Of a DNA stretch of 64,000 nt, positions 36,301-59,819 are shown in pieces (positions within the stretch are counted from its first letter, which is position 1; each line of letters opens with the position of its first letter). The stretch lies in NCBI GenBank assembly GCA_037447605.1, contig CM074805.1, positions 1,831,361 through 1,895,360 of the forward strand, in the 5' to 3' direction. This stretch comes from Zygnema circumcarinatum SAG 698-1b. Its lineage: Eukaryota > Plantae > Zygnematophyceae. The position numbers were made by a program, and so were the translations under genes. A model generated the notes under the pieces. That model worked only from the letters and a program-made list of their open reading frames with translations, did no database searches and had not been told where the DNA came from.

Positions 36301-39300
36301 TCGGTGGACCCAAGGAAAATTCAAATTGAACACGAACGGTAATCAATTGTTCAATGTTCAATTGGTTCTCCAAAAAAATTGCATTGAGAAAAAAATTTAG
36401 GAATTCATTTCTCATTTCTCAAAATGAATCGTGTTCACTCATTTTAAGGGTTTTTTTTTTTGAGAAACTGGTTTTGAAAGTTTCTTTCAGTTTCTTTCTT
36501 CGAGAAGCCAAAATATTAAACTTCGTTTTTTCTCAACCTGTTCGGTTTTACGAGCAGCAGCATCGCCATCCCTTACCAGTTGGTGGTGGTCAGCAGCTGA
36601 TTGACCACTCCTGACACCATCGGCCCCCTCATAATGGCGCTGCCCTGACCTGCATATCCGAACGAAACGAGCTTCACTCCGAGGTATTCCGTTGGCACGA
36701 TAGCTTTAGTTTCGGCATCCTGCAGATTCATACATAAGGGGCAAAGTCAAAACATTGTTGGTTAAAAGCCCAAATTGTAGAGCCATAATTCGAATACCCT
36801 CTACCATCCTGAATCAACCGGCATCGATTTTTATACAAGTTCCGGGCTTAGGAGCAGCCCTTAAAACTAAAACTTCACTTCATGAGAACAACCACACAGA
36901 AGATGTATCAGTTCTGTTCCAAAAGGCTCTCACCATCTGCAGCACTCGGAGCTCTGGAGAGACCATTGTCGGCAGAGAGGGTCCATATATATCAGCATCA
37001 AATATGCCGACTCGAGCACCCATGCCTAGAAGTGCATAAGCCAAGTTCACAGCTGTCGTCGACTTCCCTACTCCTCCCTGCACACTCACCATAGTTGCTT
37101 TCTCCATTGTTAACCTCTAGTCTCTCTTACTATGTTTTGAACCACAGCTGATTCCAACACAGCCCTGCATAGATACCTGAAGATGCAGCAAACTAAACAG
37201 TCCCTGGCAGTAGTGACTTGCAGTGCTTGTTTGCAAGTCAGGGCGTAAGGGCTCAGATTTGAAGCAAAACAATCGAACAAGAGCATGGTTGTTAGAAATG
37301 CAAAGGCAGCGTTAAGCGCACCTTGCAGCTGGAAACAGCGATGATGTTCGACACACGTGAGAGGCCAAACGGCACATCTTGCGGCACAAGGGGCCGCGGC
37401 GGCTGCGCTGACATCGTCAACTGAACTTTTGTAACCCACGAGAGAGAGCCGACGTAATCTCGTGCTTGGCGTTCAAACTGCACAGAGCCATATATGGCCA
37501 ATGGACCTGAGTGAGCTGAGAAACGCAGCAGGGGTAGGCCGAAGGGGGGGTTTAAGGAGCACCTGCAATGTTCTATGCTTCACACGTCGTTAGCTAGGGA
37601 GATACGAAACAATCTCCGTAATTAGGTTGTTTTAGTTCCATTGGTAGTTTTCGAAATCGTTGATGAAGCATCCATGGCAGCTTAAACTCCTTCAGCATTG
37701 CATATGTTACAGCTAAAGTAAGACAAGCTCTACTCATTCGAAGCAACCTAACTCTCATGATGAGCCGCACAGGTCAGCCAATTGAAAATGCTTCCTAGCA
37801 TAAGGAATTACTTTTTGGTTCCCACAGAGACACAAATCCAAATTTGGTCCTACCATTCAAGCCTTGCAGACCCCTTCAACAACTGTGTGCGTACCTCGTC
37901 CTTCACAGGACAGGCAGGTGTGGTCAATTCCAGACAGAATGCCACAGTGCCCTCCTCCAAATTGACATCCAAATCTTTCACAAAGCCGCAAGACACAATG
38001 TCGGTGCCAAAATCGGGGTCAATAATTCGCGAAAGCTGACCGAGCACCTCCTTCTCCGCCTCTGCTACTGGAGCCCTAAGCATGCACAGCCAAGCCACGA
38101 TAGCACCCAAGACTCACGTCAGCTAACTGAACACAAGTATGGCGGAAAGTCGTCCCACTTCGACCTTTTCCTCTCCTTTCAATAGGCTGACAGCTGCATT
38201 CAAACACTCGGAAGCCTCACCCTACACTTCAAGCTAGCTTCCAATACGTTTCCGCACTCAAAAATATCGACGCCTCGTCCTTCTAGTGGCCTGCCCTATT
38301 GACTTCATTTTCTTCTCACATCTATATGCTCGGCTGGAAAGACCTTGCCCTCAAGTAATTTCTAAGAGATTATCTATTGAGAAACACCATACGCAGTATA
38401 CTCCGGCCTACCATAAGCACTCGGCTAAAGCAGCCTGTTAGGCAATCGGCTGGCTGAACTTTCAAACCCCAGTGGAAGGAAAGAGGATGGTGTATGATAA
38501 GTGAGTTCCCACTAGTCTTGAGGAACAGCTATTCGTCCAAATCCGACATAAAAATGCTTGAACGCGTTCGTCCAGGATCCTCCTATTTCATCCAAATTGG
38601 TGGCATTCCATAAAACTGAATGAAGTCCTTCTACTTGTTTGTGTCGTACCATAGGGCACCAGTTGTTTAATAAGATTCTTCAGTCTAACGGCAACCTAAG
38701 GGGTACATATACGCTACGATTCTCAAGCTGCTCCCACCTTACACGTTGTCATTTGCCAGCAAGAAAAACTGAGATCTCCATACCAAAAAATGGCCCCTCC
38801 ATTATTCATGAAAATCCGAGCTTCGCATCTGCTGTTCAAAAAGCCTGAGGCGCTTCCTACACTGCCGGCGAAGGACCATGCCTCTTTCTCTGTAGCAGAG
38901 ACAATGGCCAAAATGCATGCCATGCAAGTTCTGGGAGAGAAGTACTTGCCAGAGGAGAGAGCCACTCCAGAGACAGCTTGGCAAGTAGTAGTGGAGCGCC
39001 TCCTCTTCTGGTGCAGTAACTGGTTGTGGATGCTTTGTTGTCTTAGTGGCACTGACGGCATTGGTCTCAAGTGAGGTGCCTCCAAAGCAACTCCAACAAA
39101 GCTGCTGCATGTTTGTAATCGAGAGCCTATTCCAAAACGCACAAATGTTCAAGAAATCAGTAGGGCTCAGTCACCTCTTTTCGACCGAAAAGACTTGAGC
39201 GTTATTCCAAATACACGTTTCTAGTTAAAATTTCTTATGTAGACTAAAACGTTTCCATTCAACTGGTATTTTCTCAAAATTGTACAAGCGTACAGTCCTA

Positions 39301-39999
39301 CGCAATGGAATGAGAGCCTCCAGTGGGGACAGGGAGAGGCTATACGAGAACAAAAAAGACTAAAATGAATAGAGGTTCTCGCAGCTACTCTTTTCACATT
39401 ATGTCCACTGGCCAAACATTAGCCCAATGTATTTGGCGAGCAGCTGCTAGTACTTAAGGAGTTTAGCACATTGTCAGTTAGTTCGCAAGGTTGGCCTCGG
39501 CTATGCCAAGAACTTACAACAGTTTAGATGGCCAAACAAATTCTTCCCAACATTTATGTATCCCTTAATCTTCTGAATATCTTCAATTGCTGTTTGCAAT
39601 GTACCAACTTGAGGACAATGGGGAGGAAAAATTCAATGAGGAGGAGGGAGGGCGAAGGAATAGGGGTCTGTCCTTCCAACTAGAGAATTTTAGGGTCCCA
39701 AAGTAAGCAATAACACACTAACTTTCAAAATGAGAAAAAAGTATTTTCAGGTACAAGCCAGTTTACATAATCACCATAGCTAACCTCGACTCTCGAGCAC
39801 CCAAAACCTACTGGAACCGGGAATACCTCGTCATACTAAGTCCACATTGCATTCCTATGCAAGCCACAGCCCCCATTAACCCCAGTTTCTTACTTTGGAC
39901 AATCTCAGCTTTCTCTCCTGCCCCCAAGAACCTCCGCTGCGAAGTTCCAGCTGTCAAGCAGGCAGCTCCGTTGCTAAGCGTCCACGCAGAAAGCGCCAT
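33356..39999 (-). CDS. HCF101: Chloroplast Fe-S cluster assembly factor HCF101 (DUF59 + Mrp/NBP35 P-loop NTPase + DUF971)
   Basis: [34 protein letters not shown]; [24 protein letters not shown]; [10 protein letters not shown]; [23 protein letters not shown]; [13 protein letters not shown]; [15 protein letters not shown]; transit-peptide-like N-terminus. Confidence 0.96.
36123..36552. mobile_element. MITE-like non-autonomous element (~430 bp) in an HCF101 intron
   Basis: Left CGTAAAACCGAACAAGTTGAGAAA vs reverse complement of right end CGTAAAACCGAACAGGTTGAGAAA (24 bp, 1 mismatch). AT-rich interior with repeated TTGAGAAA/TTGAAC sub-motifs. TSD not evident. Confidence 0.75.
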
Positions 40000-40848
40000 T
40001 TTCACCCTTTGCAGCTCCAGGCAGAGTAGCGCGACACCTCCCCCCTCGCAGAATGAGGCGGGCGAGAGTGAGAGTGGTGACAGTCAGCGGGCGGGAGGGA
40101 GGGAGGGAGGGGAGGCGTCAAAGCCGAAAGGTCCTCCAAAGTTCCGCAATTCCTCAGGGATATATCCTTCTCCTGGATGACTTTATCAAGATCCTCGCGA
40201 CGGCCCGGGCCCACAGGCCCAGCACTGGAAGCCCAATGAAGGTTTACTTTATCGAGGCTGTAATCTCAAAAGAGGAGTGGCTTGCAGGCCCGGCTCGTTC
40301 ACGCGCTGCTGCGAGAGGGGTTGAAAGACCGCTCGATTTTTCTGTCTGTTGGGGTGAGAGCATGAGGCAGGCGAGCCGCAGCCTCTGCATTGCAAGCCTC
40401 AATGTCGTTTGCATGCCACTTTGCTTTCGTGAGATCAATGCCACTTCCAATATCTTTGCTTTCTCGTATGTGCTTCACATTGAGCGAGTACTGCAGTGCT
40501 ATTGATGACTTAGAGCCGTCTCTGATCGTCCTCAACTGTTGTGCTGAGTTCACTTGCTTCAAGTTCAAGTCTTTTTAGTGGTCCCGCCACCCTTATATAA
40601 GACGAGTTTTTTACTGAATTGTCCACGAACACAGGACAGGCAGAGAAACTGATCAGAGGTGCAAGATCGAATACCCGCAGAACTACGTTTCTTTACTATA
40701 CAAGGTATGTTGCATTTCCAATTCGAGAACACAAGGCTGACTCTGTTTCTTGGCCGTCAAACAGCACAAAAACAAGAAGCCCCATATGTCAAAGTATTGG
40801 CATGTCGTCCGCATGAAACTTGGAGCGCGTAAATAGGCCGCCATGTTT

Positions 40849-43800
40849 TCATGAAACTCGAGCGTACGATGAGGAGCCCCGCATGGAGTGATATGCTCCT
40901 TTCACCTTCTCAACTATGAACGAGGCGCCGCTCTGCAGACAATACCCAACCACACCTTTGAGGGAGGCAGAGGTGGGAGAGGTTTCTCTTTAAGAAGAGG
41001 AACATTCTGGCCACTCACATGGCAGCCAGCCCACGGAAAACAATGAGGGGAAGCTCGCCAAAGGCAACCAGCAAGTCCCAAGCGATCTTTCGTCGTATAA
41101 AATGCTTACTTGAAAGTTGCCCGGTACATTCTGCCAAAACTCGAGATTGGGGATTGCCTGTTTCCAACCACCCGTGCTCGATATCGCATTGAGGTTCCAT
41201 CTGAGGACAAATGCTTGTATGGTGATTGGGACGAGGATGTCATGATCGTAGCTTTTCCCTTGCTATGTATGATCCAACAGGAACACAGGGGGGGGGCTCA
41301 CCTCATAGCCAGAAACTCCTAGGACAAGAGTGCGGTAAGCCAGCCCCACAGCAAAGTAAACAATAGCACCACACAGAAAGCTGCATCAAATAACAGAACA
41401 AGCAATACACGTTATCTTCTGGCCAGATTTCCAGTCGCCGAGCGTGGTAGATGCAGGTTTAGGGTTTTTAGGGTTTTTAGGGTTTTTTTTTTTTTTCAGA
41501 CTTTGCCGAAAACCTCCAGATACAGCAGTGCCTGAGGTTTTTTAAGTAAAACTGATCCCATATTGTAACCCTTTGCCAATTGATGGGAAAGAAACAACGA
41601 TAATGCCATGTATCCAGGCGACCAATCACATGTAGCCCTACCCCTGCTTATCAAGAAAATGTACGGAAGAGTTGCGACATGTGCTACCACTACGGAGGAC
41701 ATGGACGAAGGCAATGGAAGGCCCCTTCCCAGAATGCTTACAGGATAAAGATCAGTCCAACCCAGCCCACTCCATTCCCTCCAGTGGACGTCACAACGGG
41801 GCACCCTGAGGGATGCAACATGCTGGCCACCTGCACAATGCTGCTATGACCATTCAGGTGGGGTGTCCCAAAAACGGCAAAAGTACTTTTGTTTATCTGA
41901 TGGGTGGCTAGTATCAGTGCAAAGGTGATTCAAAAAATAAGAACATGCTAAAAAATGTGGAAGTTACACAGTTTGACAGTCAAGCAGGAAGGTCAAGCTC
42001 AGGTTCCATAGTCATACGTATTGGCAACTTCCTTGTGGCTCCTCTTTCGCATTTTTCGGGGGCTGCAGGATTGAAGACAGGAAGGACATTGTTAATAGAA
42101 GCAAAGAACTGGAAAGCTCAAGGAGAAAGTTAGTTGATGTTGAGAATAGACATACTCATTTGGCCGAAGACAAAAGGTAAGTGGGACAGCAGCTATCTAT
42201 ACGAATACTGAAGAGTCAAAGGTAAGCTATAAAGGAAAAGACTGGACTATCTCTGTAATAGCCGTCAGAAGTTTGCTTGTGCAGTCCTTACCTCTACAAC
42301 CCCGTTAGCTGCACAAAGGACCTTCACTGTCAAGGCCCTGCGCCCTCCTCTTCCCCCATAAGCCACGTCTCTTTAGGATGTAGGAACAAGGACCTGCTGC
42401 ACCCCTCTTGATGTGACTCGCGTGTTGCTACCTGGTGTTGGTTTGACAAACCCCTCCGTTTTCACGCAACCCTTGCTGCTGTAAGTTCACTATCCATTTG
42501 TAATCATATCTGCTGAGCTCTGCACCTCAGGACTCCTGACGGGCAGCCATCAGGGTCGCCAGATCCCAAGGTGACCGCAACACCCAAAGCAGGATTGGCT
42601 TCATCTATGAGAGAATAGTTCGCCGGCCCGGTCCCAGCCACAGTTGTGCACTTCCTGTATCCTGGAGTCAAACAAACAGCAAACAGTGCAAATTAGCTTT
42701 CACTATAAGGTGTAGAAGATGATTTCCGAGTGGCAGACAGGCAAATGGGTCTCAAGCTTCAGGCAGTGGGCGGAACAGTTGAGCACCCATCCTGGTGGAC
42801 GCCTGAAGTGCACTGCACGCCTCTCCACAGTGCTGTTGGCCTCCACAGGACTGCAGGGCGTCCATTGCGCACCCAACCCACCCAAACCACCTTCTCTCCA
42901 CTTTGATAAATTGCCATGACGTAGAGGAACATCTCTTCGGCAGCTGCACCTAACAACATAGTCCTGCGACTTTCTAGCCTGGCAAACCTGCCAAATGCGT
43001 TCTACCTATCCAAACTCAACCTTCTTTTTCAAGCTGCGTCATGGGTACCTAAGCGGTCTATACAGATACCTCAGATTTCTGTGGATTCATGCTTCAAACG
43101 GCAAACGCTTTTGAAAAAATGCTCTGAGGCTTACGTAATGCACAGATTATGGGGGCGTTTACCTGCGGACATAGCTGGCAAGAAGGCGGAACGCTGTTGA
43201 ACTTCATATGCCCGCAGAGCTGCAACCCCCAGGCGAAAGTGCTTCTATATCATGCACGAATCAGAGCGCATAACATTTAACAGATAGGATTTACCAAAGG
43301 ATACATGACAAGGCAAGTGATCGAACAAACTAGGCAAATGTGCACAATCGGTTTATCGAGAATACTCCAGAAACAATCTAAATAAACTCCATCAATAAGG
43401 ATGATTTCAGACCTTTCACCTAACATGGCGAATACTCTAGTGGGCATGAATTAACGGCCAGGAGCATGCCCAAACAGACATGAAGCTACAATATGGCAAT
43501 GCACGCTGGTGTCGAACTTCAATAATGTGCTCAATCCACGGCTCCCACTATAATTTGACGATGACGTGCCCCTGAGACTACAGAAATGGATAAGATTTTA
43601 TTCTACATTCTCTTGACAGGAGAGCTTGTGCTTGCCTGAAACCACAACACAGAGGTTTCGTTGGCATTCTCTCCTCTTTCCACTTGAACTTCGTAGAACC
43701 TGCTCGCAACCGTGAACACAAAGTTAACCAGCAACCAAGCTAGCATCAAGTACACGCCTGCTGCCAGCCTGACACCATCACTTCTCTCCGCTCTTAGCTT

Positions 43801-44018
43801 CAGATGCAGACGAAAGAGGAGAGAGCGCATGTGGAGGAGGCCGCAGCCTACCCGTCCTCGCTTTGAGCGCCATGAGGATGCTCCAGCAGGGCTGCTCCCA
43901 GATCAAATGCATATCTTCTTGTGGCTCGCTGCGTGCTCCAGCTGCAAGAGCTGGCGGAGGCCATGGCCAAGGTCAGAGGGAGCAGCCATGCTGCTCTCAA
44001 GAGGCTCCACCTGTACAT
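40849..44018 (-). CDS. ATG27 / cation-dependent mannose-6-phosphate-receptor-like type I membrane protein (about 11 short exons)
   Basis: Signal peptide MYRWSLLRAAWLLPLTLAMA. Spliced Cys-rich lumen: HPHGAQSEDG|FYEV..SVLWFQ|LCGHMKFNSVPPSCQLCPQ|SCGGQQHCGEACSAL..GYRKCTT..LTVKVLC..GSCQY|VASMLHPSGCP. TM GVGWVGLIFILFLCGAIVYFAVGLAYR. Tail AIPNLEFWQNVP..YARVS*. Resembles the plant ATG27-domain family from memory. Confidence 0.85.
41458..41496 (+). repeat. Short telomere-like TTTAGGG(TTTTTAGGG)2 followed by T14, intronic
   Basis: Directly visible in an intron of the ATG27-like gene. Confidence 0.75.
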
Positions 44019-44252
44019 ATCCCCTCCTCCCTTTCCTCCAAGGTCCTGGGAGCCCCACTTCCCCTTCGGCAAAAAGCGACGCTTCTCGCTTTTCTGCGTC
44101 TCTCCTGCTGCTCCGTCTCTTTCCTGCTCTCACGATTCAGAGGGGCTGTCACCCTTTTATGTGAAGTAGCTACTCTTTCCTTCCCTCCTCTATAAGAACA
44201 AGGACCTTGGCACGCAACTTGCAAGGGGCATAAGGTCTGAAAGTGCGGGATA

Positions 44253-47200
44253 ATGGAGCCTGACGGGGAGCTTAAGCCCCTCGTGCTCGTTACGAATGAC
44301 GATGGCATTTCTGCTCCTGGCATCAGAGCTCTTGTGGCCGCACTGGTGGCAATGAATGAATGCCGTGTGTTCGTGGTGGCTCCTGATCAGTGAGTGAACG
44401 CCAACTGCCACTGCAAAGAGAGGGCTGGGAAGTGACAGGACAAATGTGAGCAGCGTCTATAGGATTCTTTGAGCTAAGATGCTCGCGAAGAAGTTTTGGT
44501 TCTGGATTAGAGTGTAATTGTACAAAGCGATGGTTTTTTGAGTTTGCTACTATCGCCTGTGTGGTGACACAGAGAAAAGTCCGGTGTGGCACATTGCATT
44601 ACAATTCGCGAGACTCTGGAAGTTGGCACCGTGGATGTTGAAGGTGCAACCGCATGGGAAGTATCAGGTGAGCAAGGAGCAGAAAAATTTCTTGCAAGGT
44701 GCTTGGAGAAAAAATTTGCTTGCGGCGGTTGAAACTGATATTAAATTCATTTTACCCAAAATTTCAATCTCTCTTCCTTATCTGATGTTTTTGAACAGAG
44801 GAACCTTTTCAAAGAATTGCTTAACCAACGACACCATAAATACTAGGTTAAAGTAAAGCTGTTAACTCAGAATAGGTAGTCTTATGATGGAGAGTGCTTG
44901 AGCTTGTCGCTGCGCAGGCACACCTGCTGACTGTGTGTCGTTGTCTCTGTCGGCACACCTTCTTCCCACTGCACCAGCCCTCGTGCGTTTATTTCTCCCC
45001 GTTCTGTTCTCTTCTAGTTGCATCAAGTGACCCCTTGTCATTGGGCCGCTCTGCATCTTTCATCGTCATCGGGCAGCTGCTACTAGCAACAGAGCATCTT
45101 TGAATTTGTTCCTTTTTTGAGATTTTCTTGTCCCGCCAATTCGTTTGCTCCATCTATTAGTGACACGAATGTGAACTATGTCATGCGACTATTGTTGATC
45201 TCGTCATGCCGGTTGTCCTTATACATCTAGTTATGCAATGCAGGTTATTAGTGGGATCAACAAAGGTTCCAACACCGGACACCACATGTGCGTGTTCCAC
45301 CAAGACTACAAAGCTTGGGCAGCTGTGGTTAGAAAGATTGAACTTGGAAGTGATTGCTGAAATCCTAATATTTCCCAACAGTCAAGTTGGGAATAAGACG
45401 TGTCAATCATGAAATCACATGTACATATCTCGTTGACCTTTTGTGGAGCTCCTCCTTTGCTTAAGTATAGGTTCTTGTACACCTTTAAGAGAGGTACGTC
45501 GTTGAAGAACAATTGTCAAAATGCCATTATATTAACAGATTAATCTAGCAAAGAAATACATTGGGTGTGTTTGTTTCGTTAAGACAATGACTTCACTTTT
45601 GCTGCTCATCTTGGATTCTGAGCCTGGGGGCTCAATAAGTTTCTCAGCTGTTTTCTGGAAATCTGGAAACAGAATATACTCAGGGACTGTCGGAGGTGCG
45701 AGAGAGGCATTTTTGAATGGCATCCCAGCCATTGCAATATCTCTTGACTGGTGAGGACTGCTTATCAGCACCATTTTATGTCGATGTTTTGGGCTGTCCA
45801 ATCTTTTGCGAATGGATGATGCACTCATGTTACCTTGCATGATATGGATGCGACGGACCTTTTTGCCTCTCGATCAGAAACTGAATAGCATTCCAGTGAT
45901 GGTGTGCAATCTGTCATGCTTCTTGACGTTTTGTAAATCTGCAACTTTGTCCCTTTGCGTTTGGCAGAGTTCATGATTGCTGATACGTTGAGTAATATGG
46001 TGATTTGCAGGAAGCGAGGTTACAGTAATGACTCGCACTTTGCAGCCGCTGCGGACGCCTGTATGCCTTTGATCCAAGCCATTCTAAAGGATGTTGGTGA
46101 CGATAAATCTGCTATGAAATGTTTTTTGAATGTCGATGTGCCAAGCGACCCTACCGCATGCAAGGTACGGCATTTGGCTCCATCAGAAAAGCAGAAGGCT
46201 TTCTTACGCCAGATCGGAGTACAGGTCTCTTTTATTCCCGGTCCGGTCAGGGGTAACCACAATTGGCCAATGACTTTGAGGGCAACTCACTGTTGTTGCT
46301 TTTGTGCAGGGCTTCAAAGTGACCCGCCAGGGTTCAGCCCGGATCACTCCTAACTGGGTCAAAGTTGTCCGCCGAAGAACAGGAGCCCAAATGGCTGGAG
46401 GGATGCCAATGCCGGGAATGGCTATGGGGGCGCAATTAGCGCAATTGAGCCTGGCTGCGTCAGCTGCTGTATGGTCTCCTGTCTTCTCGTACTATACCTT
46501 TGAGTGGTTCACAGGCATTTCAGATGTTAAGGATGCTTTTTTGAAACAGATAACGCAGCTCAACCTGGCATGCGGTTCAAGTATCAGTGTCTTTAGCAGA
46601 GGTTTTGGATCCACCATTGTATTGTCTATTCTGCACGGAGAAGCGAAAGTGAAGGTTTCCTTTCTACTGCGGTTAAACTTTGCTGGATTTGAGATGAACA
46701 TCTGTGACCAATCGGCATGCCAATTGCACTTGGAAGATGTACATTGTTAGATGAGGCGTGGTACTTTGTTACAGCTTGTAGCAGGAAAATGCTTTTGCTT
46801 GCAGTTGGTGGTTGGGATTCCTCAGAAGCTTGCATAACTCTATGCTTTAAATGGGTTTTGGATTACAGGGAGTAGCCCGCAGGACCCGGGTCCCAGGGAA
46901 AGATGAGCAGACTGTTGAAAGTTCATCGCCTTCAGGATCTGCAGGAACTGCAGGACCGCCAGGAAAGGAGCACTATCGGAATGAGGTAAAGTTCTGTCTG
47001 CTAGACGCTGTCAAATGAGATTGATCAGAAGGGCTGAAATTCCTCGGTTTGTGATCCTTTCCATTTGTTAATGCTGATGGTATTTGTGAATACAGATGGG
47101 CGATTATGACCACGGCGAGTCGGGACATGATGTGGACTCTGTAGCATTGGCAGAGGGTTGGGTAAGACCTCAATGTAGCCGCCGTGGGGATATCTTTGAG

Positions 47201-47429
47201 GGGTTGCATTTTGTATTTGGTAGGATTCTGTCAACCGCGCTGCAGGCTTTTTCAGTTGAGAAGTTATTCTTTGATGGCCTGGTAGCGAGTGTCTGTATGG
47301 TGTCTGATGAGGTTTGACTAGAGGCATGTGCAGATCTCTGTGACACCTCTTGTTCTCGCTACTCAAGCACCGCTGGAGGCAGTCTCGGACATGAGAGATT
47401 GGTTCAGCTCAAGGCTTCCTGCGTCATGA
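44253..47429 (+). CDS. surE: SurE-like 5'-nucleotidase / phosphatase
   Basis: LVLVTNDDGISAPGI..VVAPDQEKSGVAHCIT; VSGTPADCVSL; VISGINKGSNTG..IYSGTVGGAREA..IPAIAISLDW; FLNVDVP; DVDSVALAEGW..SVTPL. Confidence 0.94.
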
Positions 47430-47982
47430 GCGATGACCGTCCTTCTACTGTTGGTTCATTCATTGGTCGGTGTTAGTCGTGTCGTTTTTTACGAGAAGAG
47501 GCGCGAAGAGCACGAGGAGTCCCTACTTATTTTTCGGGTTGCTATCATTTTTGTGACGTGTACATGTTTTTTTGTAGCAGAAACTGCAACTAGCAGAAGT
47601 GGTAGGGATGAGGTAGCTCTAACTTTCATCTCCCATTTTCAGAGCAAGGGTGGCACTTGTACTGGCGGTACATCAAGTTCACAGTATAATGTCCTTCTGG
47701 CCCGTCAGGTTTTACCATTTGTTCAGCATTGCAAGCCGATCTCTGTCTACCTCGTGGCTGTGGCTTGGATGGTAGTGCCCCACTTTGAGTGCTCTGTGTT
47801 GAACCACATCAAGACCTACCCCATGTAGTTGTGTTCTCTCGCAGGATGGGTGAAAAGGGCAATGTGCAAAAGGGAAGCTGCGTTGTTTGCTGTCAGCCCG
47901 CAAAGGGAACGTTCAGAATTGCCTCCATGGCTGCCATGCCATGCCCCGACCTAAATTAAGGTTACTACCTTTTTTGTAAAAA

Positions 47983-48273
47983 AACCAACCAACCAACCAA
48001 CCAACCAACCAGCACACCAGCACACCAGCACACCAACCAAACAGCCAACCAACCAACCAACCAACTCACCAACCAGCTAGCCAACCAACCCATCAGCCAA
48101 TCAAACAACTAACCAACCACAGCACCAACCAGCGTACCAACCAATCAGCCTACCAACCAACCAACCAGTCAACTACAAGCCAACCAAACTACCTACCAAT
48201 CAACCGACCAACCAGCCAATCAATCAACCAACCAGCCAACTAACTATCAAACCAACCAACCAACCAACCAACC
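47983..48273. repeat. Degenerate (CCAA)n microsatellite upstream of the SYD-like gene
   Basis: ~290 bp of CCAA/CCAG/CTAA variants. Confidence 0.93.
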
Positions 48274-48595
48274 TACATTGAGAAAGCGACTGAGCACAAC
48301 CGCCCCACGTTCTTCGTACAGTGAAACTACCTGACCGTTCAGTCCAGTTACGGTCACCGTTGCTGCGGACTGAACGGGCCACAGAACAATGACGGGTCGC
48401 ATGGAGCGGCTGCACGCCAGCCGAAGGAAATTTGCACGCGTTTTGGCGCCCTTAGCAGCTCTTCTCGAGCGTTGTTGCCTGCCTCTCCTCACCTCTCCTC
48501 TCCTCTTCATACGGTAGTGGGGCCTTGATCCCTTCTCCTCCCTCTGGTCTGCTTCGCCTGGGGACGGGTAATGCAGTTAGGAGGGACTCTACTCC

Positions 48596-59339
<10,744 letters not shown>

Positions 59340-59729
59340 TGGATCTGCCCCGTCGCAGTGCTGGTAATTCTTTGATTCATCGGGCTTTGCCCTACTTTAA
59401 GGTTAAATGGGAGTCTTTGAGGTTCTTAGCAGTATTCAACATCCTAAGCGCCTTTTTTTATTTTGGCTGCTCGCCTTTGTGCTGCACCTTCAGTGACAGG
59501 CAGGTTTGGGCTTGAGCGGCAGCTTTACACTGATTTATATTCGGACAGGCAGAGGAGCGAGTTGTCCCCGAAACACCATACACTGTATTCTTGCCTGAAC
59601 ATGGGCTCAAGTGCAAACTTTTGTACATAGGACTTTCACAAACCATCGATTCTTTTCCTTGAAAAAACTGGTTCTTAAAGTGATGAGTTTGTGCGAGTCT
59701 GCTTCCTGTGGTGCCCCTTCCTTGAGGGG

Positions 59730-59819
59730 TGGCATGGGATGGCACACCATGGCTGTCCCACATCCCGGCCATGATGGCATGGGATCGCAGACCATGGTTG
59801 TCCCACATCCCGGCCATGG
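59730..59819. repeat. 45-bp tandem duplication with internally palindromic units
   Basis: TGGCATGGGAT(G/C)GCA(C/G)ACCATGG(C/T)TGTCCCACATCCCGGCCATG x2; GGGAT...ATCCC pairs within each unit. Confidence 0.85.

Noticed and set aside
40053-40505. 150-aa ORF divergent from HCF101
   Set aside because: Runs through a (GGGA)n promoter tract and a repeat fragment; no recognisable family.
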